Notes under the pieces: model-generated | The model's input: only the letters and a program-made list of their open reading frames with translations | Told to the model about the DNA's origin: nothing | Database searches by the model: none | Part shown: positions 1-12,233 of the stretch, piece by piece | Layout of the letters: each line of letters begins with the position of its first letter | Numbering within the stretch: position 1 is the first letter of the stretch | Assembly (NCBI GenBank): GCA_947085195.1 | Contig: CAMTVM010000004.1 | Location: 1,624 to 65,623, forward strand | From: an uncultured Chloroflexota bacterium | Lineage (GTDB): Bacteria; Chloroflexota; Limnocylindria; Limnocylindrales; CSP1-4 | Direction: 5' to 3' | DNA: 64,000 bases | Translations under genes and position numbers: made by a program

Positions 1-1645
1 CGGCACGATCGAAGGCGCGCGCATCGGGCGCCTCGCCGGCGAGGACCGATGCCACGGCCGAGCCCAGGCGGGCCGCGGCGGCCGCCACCGGGCCAGTCTC
101 GCCCCCCTCGGCCGCCTCATCGAGCAGGCGTCCGGCCAGGACCACGTCTCCCGCCGCCAGGGACAGGAGCCCGCGCGCGACCAGCATCGACGGATCGGTG
201 TCCTCCCGGTGGTCCCGGGCCACCGCGGCCGGTTCGCGCACCAGCCCGGACCGCAACGCCCCGGACGCATCCGCCGGAGGGTGTGCCGACGGGTCCGCCC
301 AGGCCGCCAGGGCCAGGCGCTCGCGGCGCGGGGCATCCGAGGCTCGCGCCGGCCCGAACTCCGCCTCCGCGCTGGCGTACGCGGCGAGGGCCGCGGTCCA
401 CCGGCCGTCGTTCCGGGCCCGCCTGGCGGCGGCCAGCGCCACCCACGGGTCGTGGCGTTCGATTGCGGGTGGGAGGGCCTCGATCCACCCTCCGGCCTCG
501 CTGGCGGCCAGCCGCTCGCCCTCGCCCCCGAGCAGCCGGCGCACCTCTTCCCAGTCCTCGGCTCGACAGTACGCTCGCAGGGCCTCCGGGAACGCGCCGT
601 CGGCCTCCAGCAGGCGCCCGGCCGCGGCGTGGCGCTCCCGTGCAGCCGCCTCACCGATCCCCTCGACGAGCATCCGGTCCAGGTGCTGACGGAGCACCTC
701 GTGGTAGCGATACGCGTCCGTGCCGTCCTCGACCGGGACCGTGAACACGCCGCGCCGCGCGAGCTCGTCGAGCATGGCTCCGCTGCCTGACGTCCCAAGG
801 AGCCGGTCGCACAGGCCGCCGGACAGCCGCCCGAGGACGCAGGTGCCCAGCAGGAACTCGCGCAGCTCGGCCGGCAGCCCGACCATCACGTTCTGGGCCA
901 GGTACTCGCGCAGCAGCCGGCCGCTGCTGCCGGGGCCGCCCAGGACACGGCGGCGCTCCTCGGCGGACCGGCCACGGGTGGCCAGGTGGAACAGCTGCAG
1001 GCCGGCGGCCCACCCCTCCGTCCGGCGCGCGAGGACCGCGAGATCGGCCGGAGGGACCGGGTCGTGGTAGACGTCGCGGAAGAGCTGTTCCACCTCCCAG
1101 GCGCGGAACCGCAGGTCGTCGGTCACCACCTCCAGCAGGTCGCCCGACAGGCGCAGGCGCGACAGCTTCAGGCCCGGGGCGACGCGCGACGCCACCACCA
1201 GCGTCAGCCAGGCCGGGGCCCAGTCCACCAGGCGCCCGAAGGCCGCCTCCGCTGCGGTGTCCTCAAGGGCGTAGAAGTCATCGATCACCAGGAGGACGGG
1301 CGCGGACCTGGCGTGGGTCGTCAGGGCTCGGGCGGCCTCCTCGATCGTCGTCCAGCCGCCGGTCAGGTCCGGGACCGCGGTCACGAGTGCCGCCTCGAGG
1401 TGGCGGACGAACGAAGCCTCATCGGCGTCCCACGTCTCGGCCCGGTACCAGGCAACGGGAGCCCCGCAGGTCGTGGCGAACCGCGAGACGAGCGTCGTCT
1501 TACCGGAGCCGGCCGGCGCCACCACGAGGGTCAGCCGCTTGCCGAAGGCCTCGCCCAGGCGAGCCTCGAGCCGCTCCCGCGGGAGCGCATCGGTGACCGG
1601 CACGCGGACCTTGGCGGGCACGACCAGCGGCGCCCGCGGCCTCAC
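1..1645 (-). CDS. LuxR/MalT-family STAND ATPase transcriptional regulator, N-terminal part (gene runs off window start; putative GTG start at 1645)
   Basis: Minus-strand frame open from 1645 to position 1. My translation gives VRPRAPLVVPAKVRVPV...LTLVVAPAGSGKTTLVSRFA (Walker A GSGKTT), followed by TPR-like helical region typical of MalT/LuxR large regulators. Not in ORF track because no stop inside window. Confidence 0.5.
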   Translation of the reverse strand, partial: MRPRAPLVVPAKVRVPVTDALPRERLEARLGEAFGKRLTLVVAPAGSGKTTLVSRFATTCGAPVAWYRAETWDADEASFVRHLEAALVTAVPDLTGGWTTIEEAARALTTHARSAPVLLVIDDFYALEDTAAEAAFGRLVDWAPAWLTLVVASRVAPGLKLSRLRLSGDLLEVVTDDLRFRAWEVEQLFRDVYHDPVPPADLAVLARRTEGWAAGLQLFHLATRGRSAEERRRVLGGPGSSGRLLREYLAQNVMVGLPAELREFLLGTCVLGRLSGGLCDRLLGTSGSGAMLDELARRGVFTVPVEDGTDAYRYHEVLRQHLDRMLVEGIGEAAARERHAAAGRLLEADGAFPEALRAYCRAEDWEEVRRLLGGEGERLAASEAGGWIEALPPAIERHDPWVALAAARRARNDGRWTAALAAYASAEAEFGPARASDAPRRERLALAAWADPSAHPPADASGALRSGLVREPAAVARDHREDTDPSMLVARGLLSLAAGDVVLAGRLLDEAAEGGETGPVAAAAARLGSAVASVLAGEAPDARAFDRA

Positions 1646-1905
1646 CCGAGGCGGGTCATCCCCCGCCGATCCTCGTCCGGCGCGCCCTCGGCCGTCGCGC
1701 AATAGCCGTCTCCCCTCGCCGCTCCCCAGATCCCCGACACCGTTGGGGCCGGTATCGTGCCAGCGTGGACCCGTTGCGGTCCAGCGTCAATCGCCAGCGA
1801 GGGCGACGACCTTTGGCCCGCGGCAGCGGGGCAATGGTCCGGGTCCGGCGAGGGACCGTTGGGCGCGTGACGCGTGAGGAGCCGGGCGCGGAAGCCCGAC
1901 AGGGG

Positions 1906-4725
<2,820 letters not shown>

Positions 4726-5036
4726 CGTGGCAGGACTCCTTGACTGGCGGACCAGCATGCGCCGAGGCCGGCGCGGTCCGCGATTTCACCGTATGGGGAT
4801 CCCGTCGATTGTACGCCGTGCACCAGCTGGGCCCGGTTACGACGGGGTTGCGAAGACACGGGCCGGTACGCCCGTGCGAACGGGCCGTTCGGCGCGCCGC
4901 CGGGGGCCGACCGGGGCTGGCCGTGGTCGGCCGGACTTGGAGCATGAGGCGTCGGCGAACCCGGCGGTACACTCTTCCCGGCCGTCGTCCGGAAGCCCGC
5001 GGCCGTCCGCGATCCCCGTTTTGGAGCCCATGTCCC

Positions 5037-5849
5037 GTGAGCCAGCCCGACCAGGACACCCGCGTCATCGAGCAGGACGCCGAGGCCTACAACGCGACGC
5101 TGATCGCCCGCGAGGACATCGGTCCGGATCTTGGCTACTTCCGCGTCAAGCTGGATGGGGATCCCGTGCCCTTCGAGCCCGGGCAGTACATGACGATCGG
5201 CGTGATCGCGGACGGCAAGATGCTCCAGCGGCCCTATTCGGTCGCCTCCGCCCCGGCGGTCTCCGGGGTGGACGGCTACGAGTTCTTCGTCCGCCACGTG
5301 CCGATCGTCCGGTTCACGACCGCCCTGTGGCGACTGCCGGTCGGCCAGCGGATGCGGATGATCGGCCCCAAGGGCAGGTTCATGCTGGAGCCGGAGGACA
5401 AGCGGACGCACCTGTACGTCTCCACGGGGACCGGCATCGCCCCGTTCATCGCGATGGTCCGCGAGACCATGGCCCACGGCAAGCCGCGCCGGACGGTGCT
5501 GCTCAACGGGGTGTCGTTCTCGGACGAGCTGGGCTATCGCCCGGAGCTCGAGGCCTGGCAGGCCGACCCGTCATACCGCCTGACGTACGTGCCCGCCGTC
5601 TCCCGGCCCGACGACCCGCGGAACGCCGGCTGGACCGGCAAGGTGGGCCGCGTCGAGCACGTGATTTCGGATGCCTGCAAGGAGCTGGGCCTGCGGGCCG
5701 ACAAGACCGTGGTCTACATCTGCGGCAACCCGGAGATGATCCTCAACGTGGAGAGGGTCCTGATGGACCGCGGGTTCCCCGAATTCCACGTGAAGAAGGA
5801 GCTCTACTGGCCCAAGGGGAAGCCGGGCGTGGTCGTGCCTGCGGGTTGA
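5037..5849 (+). CDS. ferredoxin-NADP+ reductase family flavoprotein (FAD/NAD(P)-binding)
   Basis: C-terminal 270 aa of track ORF 4740..5849. RPYSVASAP (FAD-binding RxYS motif) and GTGIAPF (NAD-binding) motifs. N-terminal 99 aa of ORF is arginine-rich junk, so start placed at GTG 5037 (VSQPDQDTRVIEQ). Confidence 0.7.
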   Translation: MSQPDQDTRVIEQDAEAYNATLIAREDIGPDLGYFRVKLDGDPVPFEPGQYMTIGVIADGKMLQRPYSVASAPAVSGVDGYEFFVRHVPIVRFTTALWRLPVGQRMRMIGPKGRFMLEPEDKRTHLYVSTGTGIAPFIAMVRETMAHGKPRRTVLLNGVSFSDELGYRPELEAWQADPSYRLTYVPAVSRPDDPRNAGWTGKVGRVEHVISDACKELGLRADKTVVYICGNPEMILNVERVLMDRGFPEFHVKKELYWPKGKPGVVVPAG

Positions 5850-5987
5850 CGGCCGCCTGAACGAGGGCGGCCCTGGGTCCCGGCAGGGTGACATCCCCGG
5901 GCGCTGGTCGGGCCGGCTCATGCGCACGGCCATCCCCGGGCGCTCGCAGGAGCTCCCGCGGGGCCGGCGGGCGGTGGCGCGTAGCGA

Positions 5988-6029
5988 ATCCTGCCAGCCA
6001 CCAACGGGGCGATCCTGCCAGCTACCAAC
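5988..6029. promoter_or_regulatory. two direct repeats ATCCTGCCAGC(C/T)ACCAAC, 24-bp period, in 560-nt non-coding region upstream of nfnA
   Basis: Seen directly at 5988-6005 and 6012-6029. Confidence 0.35.
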
Positions 6030-6156
6030 CAGGCTGGTGTTCGACGACGCTTCACCACCGCCCGAACGGTAGACGGCTGCGCGACGGCATGGCGTCGTGC
6101 GTGACTCCGCGCCGCTCCTGGCGCCGTGGGCCGCCCAGGACCCAGCGGTTCGGGCT

Positions 6157-6177
6157 GGCACCAGCGACGCTGGTACC
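6157..6177. promoter_or_regulatory. near-perfect 21-bp palindrome GGCACCAGCG-A-CGCTGGTACC (core ACCAGCGACGCTGGT perfect) upstream of nfnA
   Basis: Seen directly; dyad symmetry typical of dimeric transcription-factor operator. Confidence 0.35.
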
Positions 6178-6412
6178 TGACAGATGCGGCGCTCCGTGAT
6201 CGCGGGCTGGCATCGCCGCGCCGGGACCTCTCCGCCCGGCGCGCCCGGCTACGCCCCGTGCCGCGCTCAGGCGTACCCTTGCGGGAGCGCATGACGCCGG
6301 TCGGCCCATCTTCGGCGTGACCTTCGGACCGCTTCGCCGGGCCATGGGCAGGTGACGCGGGCGCGACCAGCTCGGCGACGATCGGGCTACACCAATAACC
6401 AGCGAGGTTCCA

Positions 6413-7270
6413 TTGCATCCTGTCGTCGAGCGCGAGCAGCTCTCCCCGAACGTCGTCCGCCTCGTCGTCGAGGCTCCCCGGATCGCGAAGGTCCGGCGTC
6501 CCGGCCAGTTCGTCATCGTCCGGAAGGGTCCGGGCGCGGAGCGCATCCCGCTGACGATCGCCGACAACGATCCCGGGGCCGGGACCATCACCCTGATGAT
6601 CCAGGCCGTCGGCGCCAGCACCACCGAGCTCTGCGCGCTGCAGGTGGGCGAGGCGATCACCGATGTCGCCGGCCCCCTCGGCCAGGAGACGGAGCTGATC
6701 AAGACCGGGCACGCCGTGTGCGTGGGCGGCGGCGTGGGTACCGCGGTGATCCTGCCGATTGCCCGCGAGCTCGCCCGGCGCGGCGTCCACGTGACCAGCG
6801 TCATCGGCGGCCGCTCGAAGGAATGGGTCATCCTGGAAGCCGAGCTACGGGGCTGCGGCGACGTGGTCGTCTGCACCGACGACGGCAGTTACGGCCGCCA
6901 CGGCTTCGTGACCCAGGCCCTCAAGGACCTGCTGGACGCGGGCGGCGTGGATGCCGTCTACGCGGTCGGCCCGGTGCCGATGATGAGCGCCGTGTCCGAG
7001 ATGACCAGGCCCTACGACGTCGAGACCACCGTCTCGCTCAACGCGATCATGGTCGACGGCACCGGGATGTGCGGCGGCTGCCGCGTGACGATCGGTGGCG
7101 AGACCAAGTACGCCTGCGTTGACGGCCCGGAGTTCGACGCCCACAAGGTGAACTTCCAGGAGCTGGCAGACCGCCTGACCACCTATCGCTCCTTCGAGCA
7201 GGCGGCCCTCCAGCGCCAGAAGGACGACGAGGCCAAAGGCGCCTGTGCGACCACAGAGGTGAAGGCATGA
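6413..7270 (+). CDS. nfnA: NADH-dependent reduced ferredoxin:NADP+ oxidoreductase small subunit / sulfide dehydrogenase beta (PyrK-like FAD + [2Fe-2S])
   Basis: Track ORF. HPVVEREQLSPNVVRLVVEAPRIAKVRRPGQFVIVR and C-terminal CGGCRV match PyrK/SudB/NfnA family. Probable TTG start with GCGAGG 7 nt upstream. Confidence 0.8.
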   Translation: MHPVVEREQLSPNVVRLVVEAPRIAKVRRPGQFVIVRKGPGAERIPLTIADNDPGAGTITLMIQAVGASTTELCALQVGEAITDVAGPLGQETELIKTGHAVCVGGGVGTAVILPIARELARRGVHVTSVIGGRSKEWVILEAELRGCGDVVVCTDDGSYGRHGFVTQALKDLLDAGGVDAVYAVGPVPMMSAVSEMTRPYDVETTVSLNAIMVDGTGMCGGCRVTIGGETKYACVDGPEFDAHKVNFQELADRLTTYRSFEQAALQRQKDDEAKGACATTEVKA

Positions 7271-8781
7271 CCGAGCCCGCGTCCCCGGTGCCGGCGGCAG
7301 ATTCCGAGGGCGAACCCGCCAGGCCCGCGCTCAGCAACAAGGAGCGGATGACCATCGGCCGGGTATCGATGCCCGAACAGGAAGGCGAGATCCGCGCCCG
7401 GAACTTCGGCGAGGTCAACCTCGGCCTCACCTACGAGCTGGCGCTGCTGGAGGCGGAGCGCTGCATCCAGTGTCCCAAGCCGTTCTGCGTGGATGGCTGC
7501 CCGGTCCGGGTCGACATCCCGCGCTTCATCAAGTTCCTCCGCGAGGGCGACCTGCCCGCCGCCGCGGAGAGCCTCCTCGGCGACAACGCGCTCCCCTGTG
7601 TCACCGGCCGCGTGTGCCCCCAGGAGATCCAGTGCGAGGCCGTGTGTATCCGTACCAAGAAGGGCGACTCGGTCGCCATCGGCTATCTCGAGCGATTCGT
7701 GGCGGACTGGGCCCAGCAGAACCCCGACGCCCTGCCCAAGGTTGAACCCGGCAGCACGGGCAAGCGGATCGGGATCGTCGGTTCCGGCCCGGCCGGCCTC
7801 ACCGCCGCCGGTGAGCTCGCCCGCAAGGGCCACGACGTCACCGTGTTCGAGGCGTTCCACGCTCCGGGCGGCGTCCTGATCTACGGCATCCCGGAGTTCC
7901 GGCTGCCCAAGGACATCGTCCAGGCCGAGGTGGACCGGCTGGTCCGCGAAGGCGTGAAGATCCAGGTCGACGCGATCATCGGCCGCACCTACACCGTGCC
8001 GGAGCTGCGCGAGGAGTACGACGCGCTGTTCCTGGCGGTCGGCGCGGGTCTACCGGTGTTCATGAACGTCCCAGGCGAGAACCTCAAGGGTGTGTACTCG
8101 GCCAACGAGTACCTGACCCGCGTCAACCTCATGGGTGCCTGGAGCGCGGACTCCAGGACCCCCATCCTCCACGGCCAGCGAGTCGTGGTGGTCGGCGGCG
8201 GCAACGTGGCGATGGACTCCGTCCGGACCGCGAAGCGACTGGGTGCTGCCGAGGCGACCATCGTCTACCGCCGCTCCGCAGACGAGCTTCCCGCCCGGAA
8301 GGAAGAGGTCCACCACGCGATCGACGAGGGCGTCGTATTCGACTACCTCACCGCCCCGGTCGAGGTCATCGGCGACGAGAACCGGTGGGTCACGGGCCTG
8401 AAGTGCGTGAAGATGGAGCTGGGTGAGCCGGACGGGAGCGGCCGCCGACGGCCGATCAGGATCGAGGGCTCCGAGTTCACGATCGACTGCGATCTCGTGG
8501 TCGTGGCCATCGGCACCAAGGCCAACCCGCTGCTCACCGGCAGTGCGCCGGAGCTCAGCGTCAACGAGTATGGCTACCTCGTAGCCGACGAGTACGGCAT
8601 GACCAGCATGCCCGGCGTGTTCGCGGGCGGCGACATCGTGCGTGGCGCCGCCACGGTCATCCTCGCCATGGGCGACGGCAAGCGGTCAGCCTTCGCGATC
8701 GACTCCTGGCTCAACGGCGTGTGGCCGCCGGTCGGGGCCGACAAGGAGACGAAGCCGAAGGAGCCCGCCGCCGCCGGCTGA
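7267..8781 (+). CDS. nfnB: NfnB / glutamate synthase small-chain (GltD) family oxidoreductase with ferredoxin-like N-terminus
   Basis: Track ORF. CIQCPKPFCVDGCPV, GIVGSGPAGL and VVVVGGGNVAMD motifs. ATGA overlap with nfnA stop. Confidence 0.85.
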   Translation: MTEPASPVPAADSEGEPARPALSNKERMTIGRVSMPEQEGEIRARNFGEVNLGLTYELALLEAERCIQCPKPFCVDGCPVRVDIPRFIKFLREGDLPAAAESLLGDNALPCVTGRVCPQEIQCEAVCIRTKKGDSVAIGYLERFVADWAQQNPDALPKVEPGSTGKRIGIVGSGPAGLTAAGELARKGHDVTVFEAFHAPGGVLIYGIPEFRLPKDIVQAEVDRLVREGVKIQVDAIIGRTYTVPELREEYDALFLAVGAGLPVFMNVPGENLKGVYSANEYLTRVNLMGAWSADSRTPILHGQRVVVVGGGNVAMDSVRTAKRLGAAEATIVYRRSADELPARKEEVHHAIDEGVVFDYLTAPVEVIGDENRWVTGLKCVKMELGEPDGSGRRRPIRIEGSEFTIDCDLVVVAIGTKANPLLTGSAPELSVNEYGYLVADEYGMTSMPGVFAGGDIVRGAATVILAMGDGKRSAFAIDSWLNGVWPPVGADKETKPKEPAAAG

Positions 8782-8854
8782 CCGGAGATGGAGGCCGCCG
8801 TGCCCGCGGTCGTGGTCCGGGATTCCCTCGCCCGGCGGCCTCGCTTCAGCAGAA

Positions 8855-8870
8855 TGTGCCAATAGGCACT
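8855..8870. promoter_or_regulatory. AT-rich 16-bp dyad TGTGCCAATAGGCACT (CRP/FNR-type half sites TGTGC-N6-GCACT) embedded between CCGGCGG/CCGCCGG arms
   Basis: Seen directly; only AT-rich patch in a very GC-rich intergenic region upstream of aor. Confidence 0.3.
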
Positions 8871-8968
8871 GCATCGAACCGCCGGACACCCGGACCATCG
8901 GTGGAACCGAGTGCGCCCGTGCAGGCGGCACCCGCCCGCGGCCGGTGACACTCGTGCATCGGCGACCC

Positions 8969-9000
8969 GGCGCGCGCGGTCGCGCTTATCCGCGCGCGCC
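8969..9000 (+). other. perfect 11-bp GC stem (GGCGCGCGCGG / CCGCGCGCGCC) with 10-nt loop, 60 nt upstream of aor start; nfnAB terminator or aor leader hairpin
   Basis: Seen directly; no U-tract follows. Confidence 0.35.
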
Positions 9001-9058
9001 GGGCGGCAGACCGGAGCCACGCGAGCAACGAGCGGACGAGAAAGGACACAGGCCGGGC

Positions 9059-10786
9059 ATGGACAAGATCCTGCGCATCGACATGGGCGCCGAGGACGGG
9101 CCCACGACGACGGTCGAGCCGGTCGGTCAGTACGCCGGCCTGGGCGGCCGCGCCATGACATCGCTCGTGGTCAGCAAGGAGGTCGACCCTCTCTGTCATC
9201 CCCTGAGCGCTGCGAACAAGCTCGTGTTCGCTCCGGGCCTGCTCACCGGCTCCGCCGCCTCGACCAGCGGCCGGATCTCGGTCGGCTGCAAGAGCCCGCT
9301 GACGGGCGGCATCAAGGAGGCGAACGCAGGCGGCCAGGCGGGCCAGGCGCTGGCGCGGCTCGGCTACGCCGCGGTCATCGTCGAGGGCGAGCCTGCCGGC
9401 GACGACCTGTGGACCGTCAAGATCGACAAAGGGGGCGTCTCGTTCAAGGTCGACAACAGCCTCAGGATGACCGGTACCTATGCCACGGTCGAGAAGCTCG
9501 TCGGCGATTACGGATCCAAGGTCACCTTCATGGTCATCGGCCAGGCCGGTGAGATGAAGCTCGCCGGTGCCTCCATCGCGGCCTGCGACCGGGAGCTGCG
9601 CCCCACCCGGCACATGGGCCGCGGCGGCGTCGGCGCCGTCATGGGCTCCAAGAAGATCAAGGCATTCATCCTCGACGAAACCGGCACGTCGCTGCGCCAG
9701 CCGCTGCACCCGGAGCGCTTCAAGGCCGCGGCGAAGATCTTCAACGACGGCCTCCGCAGCCACGGCGTCTCGGGGCAGGGTCTGCCCCTGTTCGGCACCA
9801 ACGTCCTGACCAATATCCTCAACGAGGTCGGCGGCTACCCCACCCGCAACTTCAGCTCGGGCCAGTTCGAGGGCGCGACGAAGATCAGCGGCGAGACCCA
9901 GGCCGCGACGATGACCGAGCGCGGCGGCCTGGCGACCCACGCCTGCCACCGTGGCTGCATCATCCAATGCTCCGGCATCTACAACGACGCCACGGGCAAG
10001 TACGTCAGCAAGCAGGCCGAATACGAGACCATCTGGTCGCACGGCGGCCACTGCGGCATCTCCGACCTCGACATCATCCAGCAGCTCGACCGCATGGACG
10101 ACGACTTCGGCCTCGACACGATCGAGACCGGCGTCGCGATCGGCGTCGCGATGGAGGGCGGCCTGCTGCCCTTCGGCGATGGCGAGGGCGCCATCCGCGT
10201 CCTTGCGGAAGTCGGCCAGGGCACCCCGCTCGGCCGGATCATCGGAAGCGGTGCCGCGGCCACGGGCAGGGCATTCGGCGTCTCGCGCGTCCCGGTGGTC
10301 AAGAACCAGGCCCTTCCGGCGTACGATCCGCGTGCCGTCCAGGGCATCGGCGTCACGTATGCGACCACCCCGATGGGCGCCGACCACACGGCCGGCTACG
10401 CGGTGACGGCCAACGTGCTCAAGGTCGGCGGGTTCGTCGACCCGCTCCAGACCGAGGGCCAGGTCGACCTGTCGCGCGCCCTCCAGATCAACACGGCCGT
10501 CATCGACTCCAGCGGGATGTGCCTGTTCGTGGCGTTTCCGGTCATCGACCAGCCGGAGACGTTCACCGCCTTCGTTGAGCTCGTCAACAGCTTCTATGGC
10601 ATCGAGGCCGACGTCACGGCCTTCGGCCAGCAGATCCTGTCGGCCGAGCGTGATTTCAACGCCCGCGCCGGGTTCACGGCGATCGACGATCGCCTGCCGC
10701 GCTTCTTCGAGACGGAGCAACTCCCCCCGCACAACGTCACCTTCAATGTGACGCACGAGGAGCTGGACTCGGTCTTCAACTGGTAG
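9059..10786 (+). CDS. aor: tungsten-containing aldehyde:ferredoxin oxidoreductase (AOR family)
   Basis: C-terminal 575 aa of track ORF 8642..10786. MDKILRIDMGAEDG...AFILD... ; AOR_N and AOR C-terminal pterin-binding features. Start at ATG 9059 with GAAAGGA upstream; earlier ORF part is out-of-context junk. Confidence 0.85.
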   Translation: MDKILRIDMGAEDGPTTTVEPVGQYAGLGGRAMTSLVVSKEVDPLCHPLSAANKLVFAPGLLTGSAASTSGRISVGCKSPLTGGIKEANAGGQAGQALARLGYAAVIVEGEPAGDDLWTVKIDKGGVSFKVDNSLRMTGTYATVEKLVGDYGSKVTFMVIGQAGEMKLAGASIAACDRELRPTRHMGRGGVGAVMGSKKIKAFILDETGTSLRQPLHPERFKAAAKIFNDGLRSHGVSGQGLPLFGTNVLTNILNEVGGYPTRNFSSGQFEGATKISGETQAATMTERGGLATHACHRGCIIQCSGIYNDATGKYVSKQAEYETIWSHGGHCGISDLDIIQQLDRMDDDFGLDTIETGVAIGVAMEGGLLPFGDGEGAIRVLAEVGQGTPLGRIIGSGAAATGRAFGVSRVPVVKNQALPAYDPRAVQGIGVTYATTPMGADHTAGYAVTANVLKVGGFVDPLQTEGQVDLSRALQINTAVIDSSGMCLFVAFPVIDQPETFTAFVELVNSFYGIEADVTAFGQQILSAERDFNARAGFTAIDDRLPRFFETEQLPPHNVTFNVTHEELDSVFNW

Positions 10787-10802
10787 TCGCCGTCACCGCC
10801 CG

Positions 10803-12149
10803 ATGGGGCCGCGCCTGGAGCGGCCGATGAGCGTCCCGCTGCCCGTGCCCGACCCGGTGCCGGCTCATCGGCGTGCTCACCCGTCCAAGCTGTTCGTCGA
10901 GGTCACGACGCGTTGCAATCTCCGCTGTGCGATGTGCGTCAAGTACGCGCCGGGGCAGGGCCTGGTGGAAGGCGACATGACCGAGGAGACGTTCGAGCGC
11001 CTCTCGCCCGCCTTTCCGCTCCTCGAGTCGCTGGTGCTCAACGGCATCGGCGAGCCGCTCCTCCACCGGGGCCTCGAGGGGTTCATCGCGCGCGCGAAGG
11101 CGAGCCTGCCGGCCGATGCCTGGGTCGGCTTCCAGACCAACGGCCAGCTCATCGGCGCCCGCCGCGCGGAGGCGCTCGTGGCGGCTGGCGTGGACCGGAT
11201 CGCGATCTCCGCGGACGCCGTGAGCCCCGAGCGGCTCCGCTCGATCCACGGCGGGGCCCGCCTGGCACCCATCGAGGCCGGCGCGGGGCGCCTCCACGAC
11301 AGTGCCGCGGCCCTCGGGCGGCGACTCTCCCTGGGCCTCGAGTTCGTCGCGATGCGCGACAACCTCGACCAGCTCCCGCTGCTCGTGCGCTGGGCGGCCC
11401 GTCATCGGTTCGAGTTCATCATCGTCAGCCACCTCCTGGCCTACGAGCCGTCGATGGCGGAGCACGCCGCATTCAGCCCCACGTCCGACCGGGCGCTGGC
11501 GGTGTACCGGACCTGGCGCTCCCGGGCAGAGGCTGACGGGATCGACCTCGGTCGCTACCTCGCGTCGCGCCACCGCTTCGCGCCGCCGAAGGAGGATGAG
11601 CGCGCGATCCGGCTGGTGAAGGAGATGGTCGCTGACGCCAGGGATCGCGGCATCTCGCTCAGGATCGCGGACCTGCTCCGCTTCGACGAGGCGTGTCTCG
11701 AGGCTACCGAGGCCGCCTTCACCGAGGCCTCGTCGCTCGCCGCCGAGCTGGGCGTCGAGCTCCGGTTGCCCTCGACCGTACCCACCCAGGTCCGGCGCTG
11801 CGAGTTCGTGGAGGAGGGGTCCGCGTTCGTGTCCTGGGACGGCGGCCTCCACCCGTGCTACTTCCTGTGGCACCGGTTCGACTGCTACCTCGGGGGGATC
11901 GCGAAGACCGTCCGGCCGCGGTCGTTCGGGAATGTCGACGACGCCGGGATCCTCGAGATCTGGAACGGGCAGCCGTGGCGGACGTTCCGGGGCGACGTCA
12001 CCCGATATGACTTTCCGTTCTGCTACGACTGCAACCTCGCGATGTGCGACTACGTCCAGGACGGCGACTTCGAGCAGGACTGTCACCTGGTCCAGGTGCC
12101 GTGTGCGGCGTGCCTGTGGTGCACGGGGCCGTTCCAGTGCCTGCGCTGA
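10803..12149 (+). CDS. radical SAM protein with C-terminal Cys-rich SPASM/twitch-like domain
   Basis: Track ORF. N-terminal CNLRCAMC (CxxxCxxC) and 10 Cys in last 120 aa incl. CYDCNLAMC ... CAAC. 17 nt downstream of aor. Confidence 0.75.
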   Translation: MGPRLERPMSVPLPVPDPVPAHRRAHPSKLFVEVTTRCNLRCAMCVKYAPGQGLVEGDMTEETFERLSPAFPLLESLVLNGIGEPLLHRGLEGFIARAKASLPADAWVGFQTNGQLIGARRAEALVAAGVDRIAISADAVSPERLRSIHGGARLAPIEAGAGRLHDSAAALGRRLSLGLEFVAMRDNLDQLPLLVRWAARHRFEFIIVSHLLAYEPSMAEHAAFSPTSDRALAVYRTWRSRAEADGIDLGRYLASRHRFAPPKEDERAIRLVKEMVADARDRGISLRIADLLRFDEACLEATEAAFTEASSLAAELGVELRLPSTVPTQVRRCEFVEEGSAFVSWDGGLHPCYFLWHRFDCYLGGIAKTVRPRSFGNVDDAGILEIWNGQPWRTFRGDVTRYDFPFCYDCNLAMCDYVQDGDFEQDCHLVQVPCAACLWCTGPFQCLR

Positions 12150-12233
12150 ACGACGGCGCGGGATGCCGCGGGGGGCGGGAGCGGCGTCGTGCCGGTTCCG
12201 GGGTTCGCCGGGTCGCGTGACCCTCGGCGGCCG

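Noticed and set aside
49-1705. Several + strand ORFs (49..744, 209..790, 986..1705)
   Set aside because: Antisense to or out of frame with the minus-strand STAND regulator. Pro/Arg/Gly-rich low-complexity translations.
1850-1905. Hairpin CGGGC-GCGGAA-GCCCG just downstream of ppdK stop as intrinsic terminator
   Set aside because: Short stem and no U-tract. The LuxR/MalT-type regulator gene follows on the same strand, so it may simply be co-transcribed. Kept out of the feature list.
5918-6876. ORFs 5918..6790(-) and 6052..6876(-)
   Set aside because: Antisense to nfnA and the non-coding upstream region. No family features.
8855-8885. Sigma-54 (-24/-12) promoter at GGCACTGCATCGAA upstream of aor
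   Set aside because: GGCAC is present, but the -12 element does not fit TTGC at the required spacing. More consistent with a CRP/FNR-type dyad.
8642-9058. N-terminal 139 codons of ORF 8642..10786
   Set aside because: Overlaps nfnB end and intergenic hairpins and is Pro/Arg/Ser-rich. The AOR homology begins at MDKIL (9059) with its own RBS.
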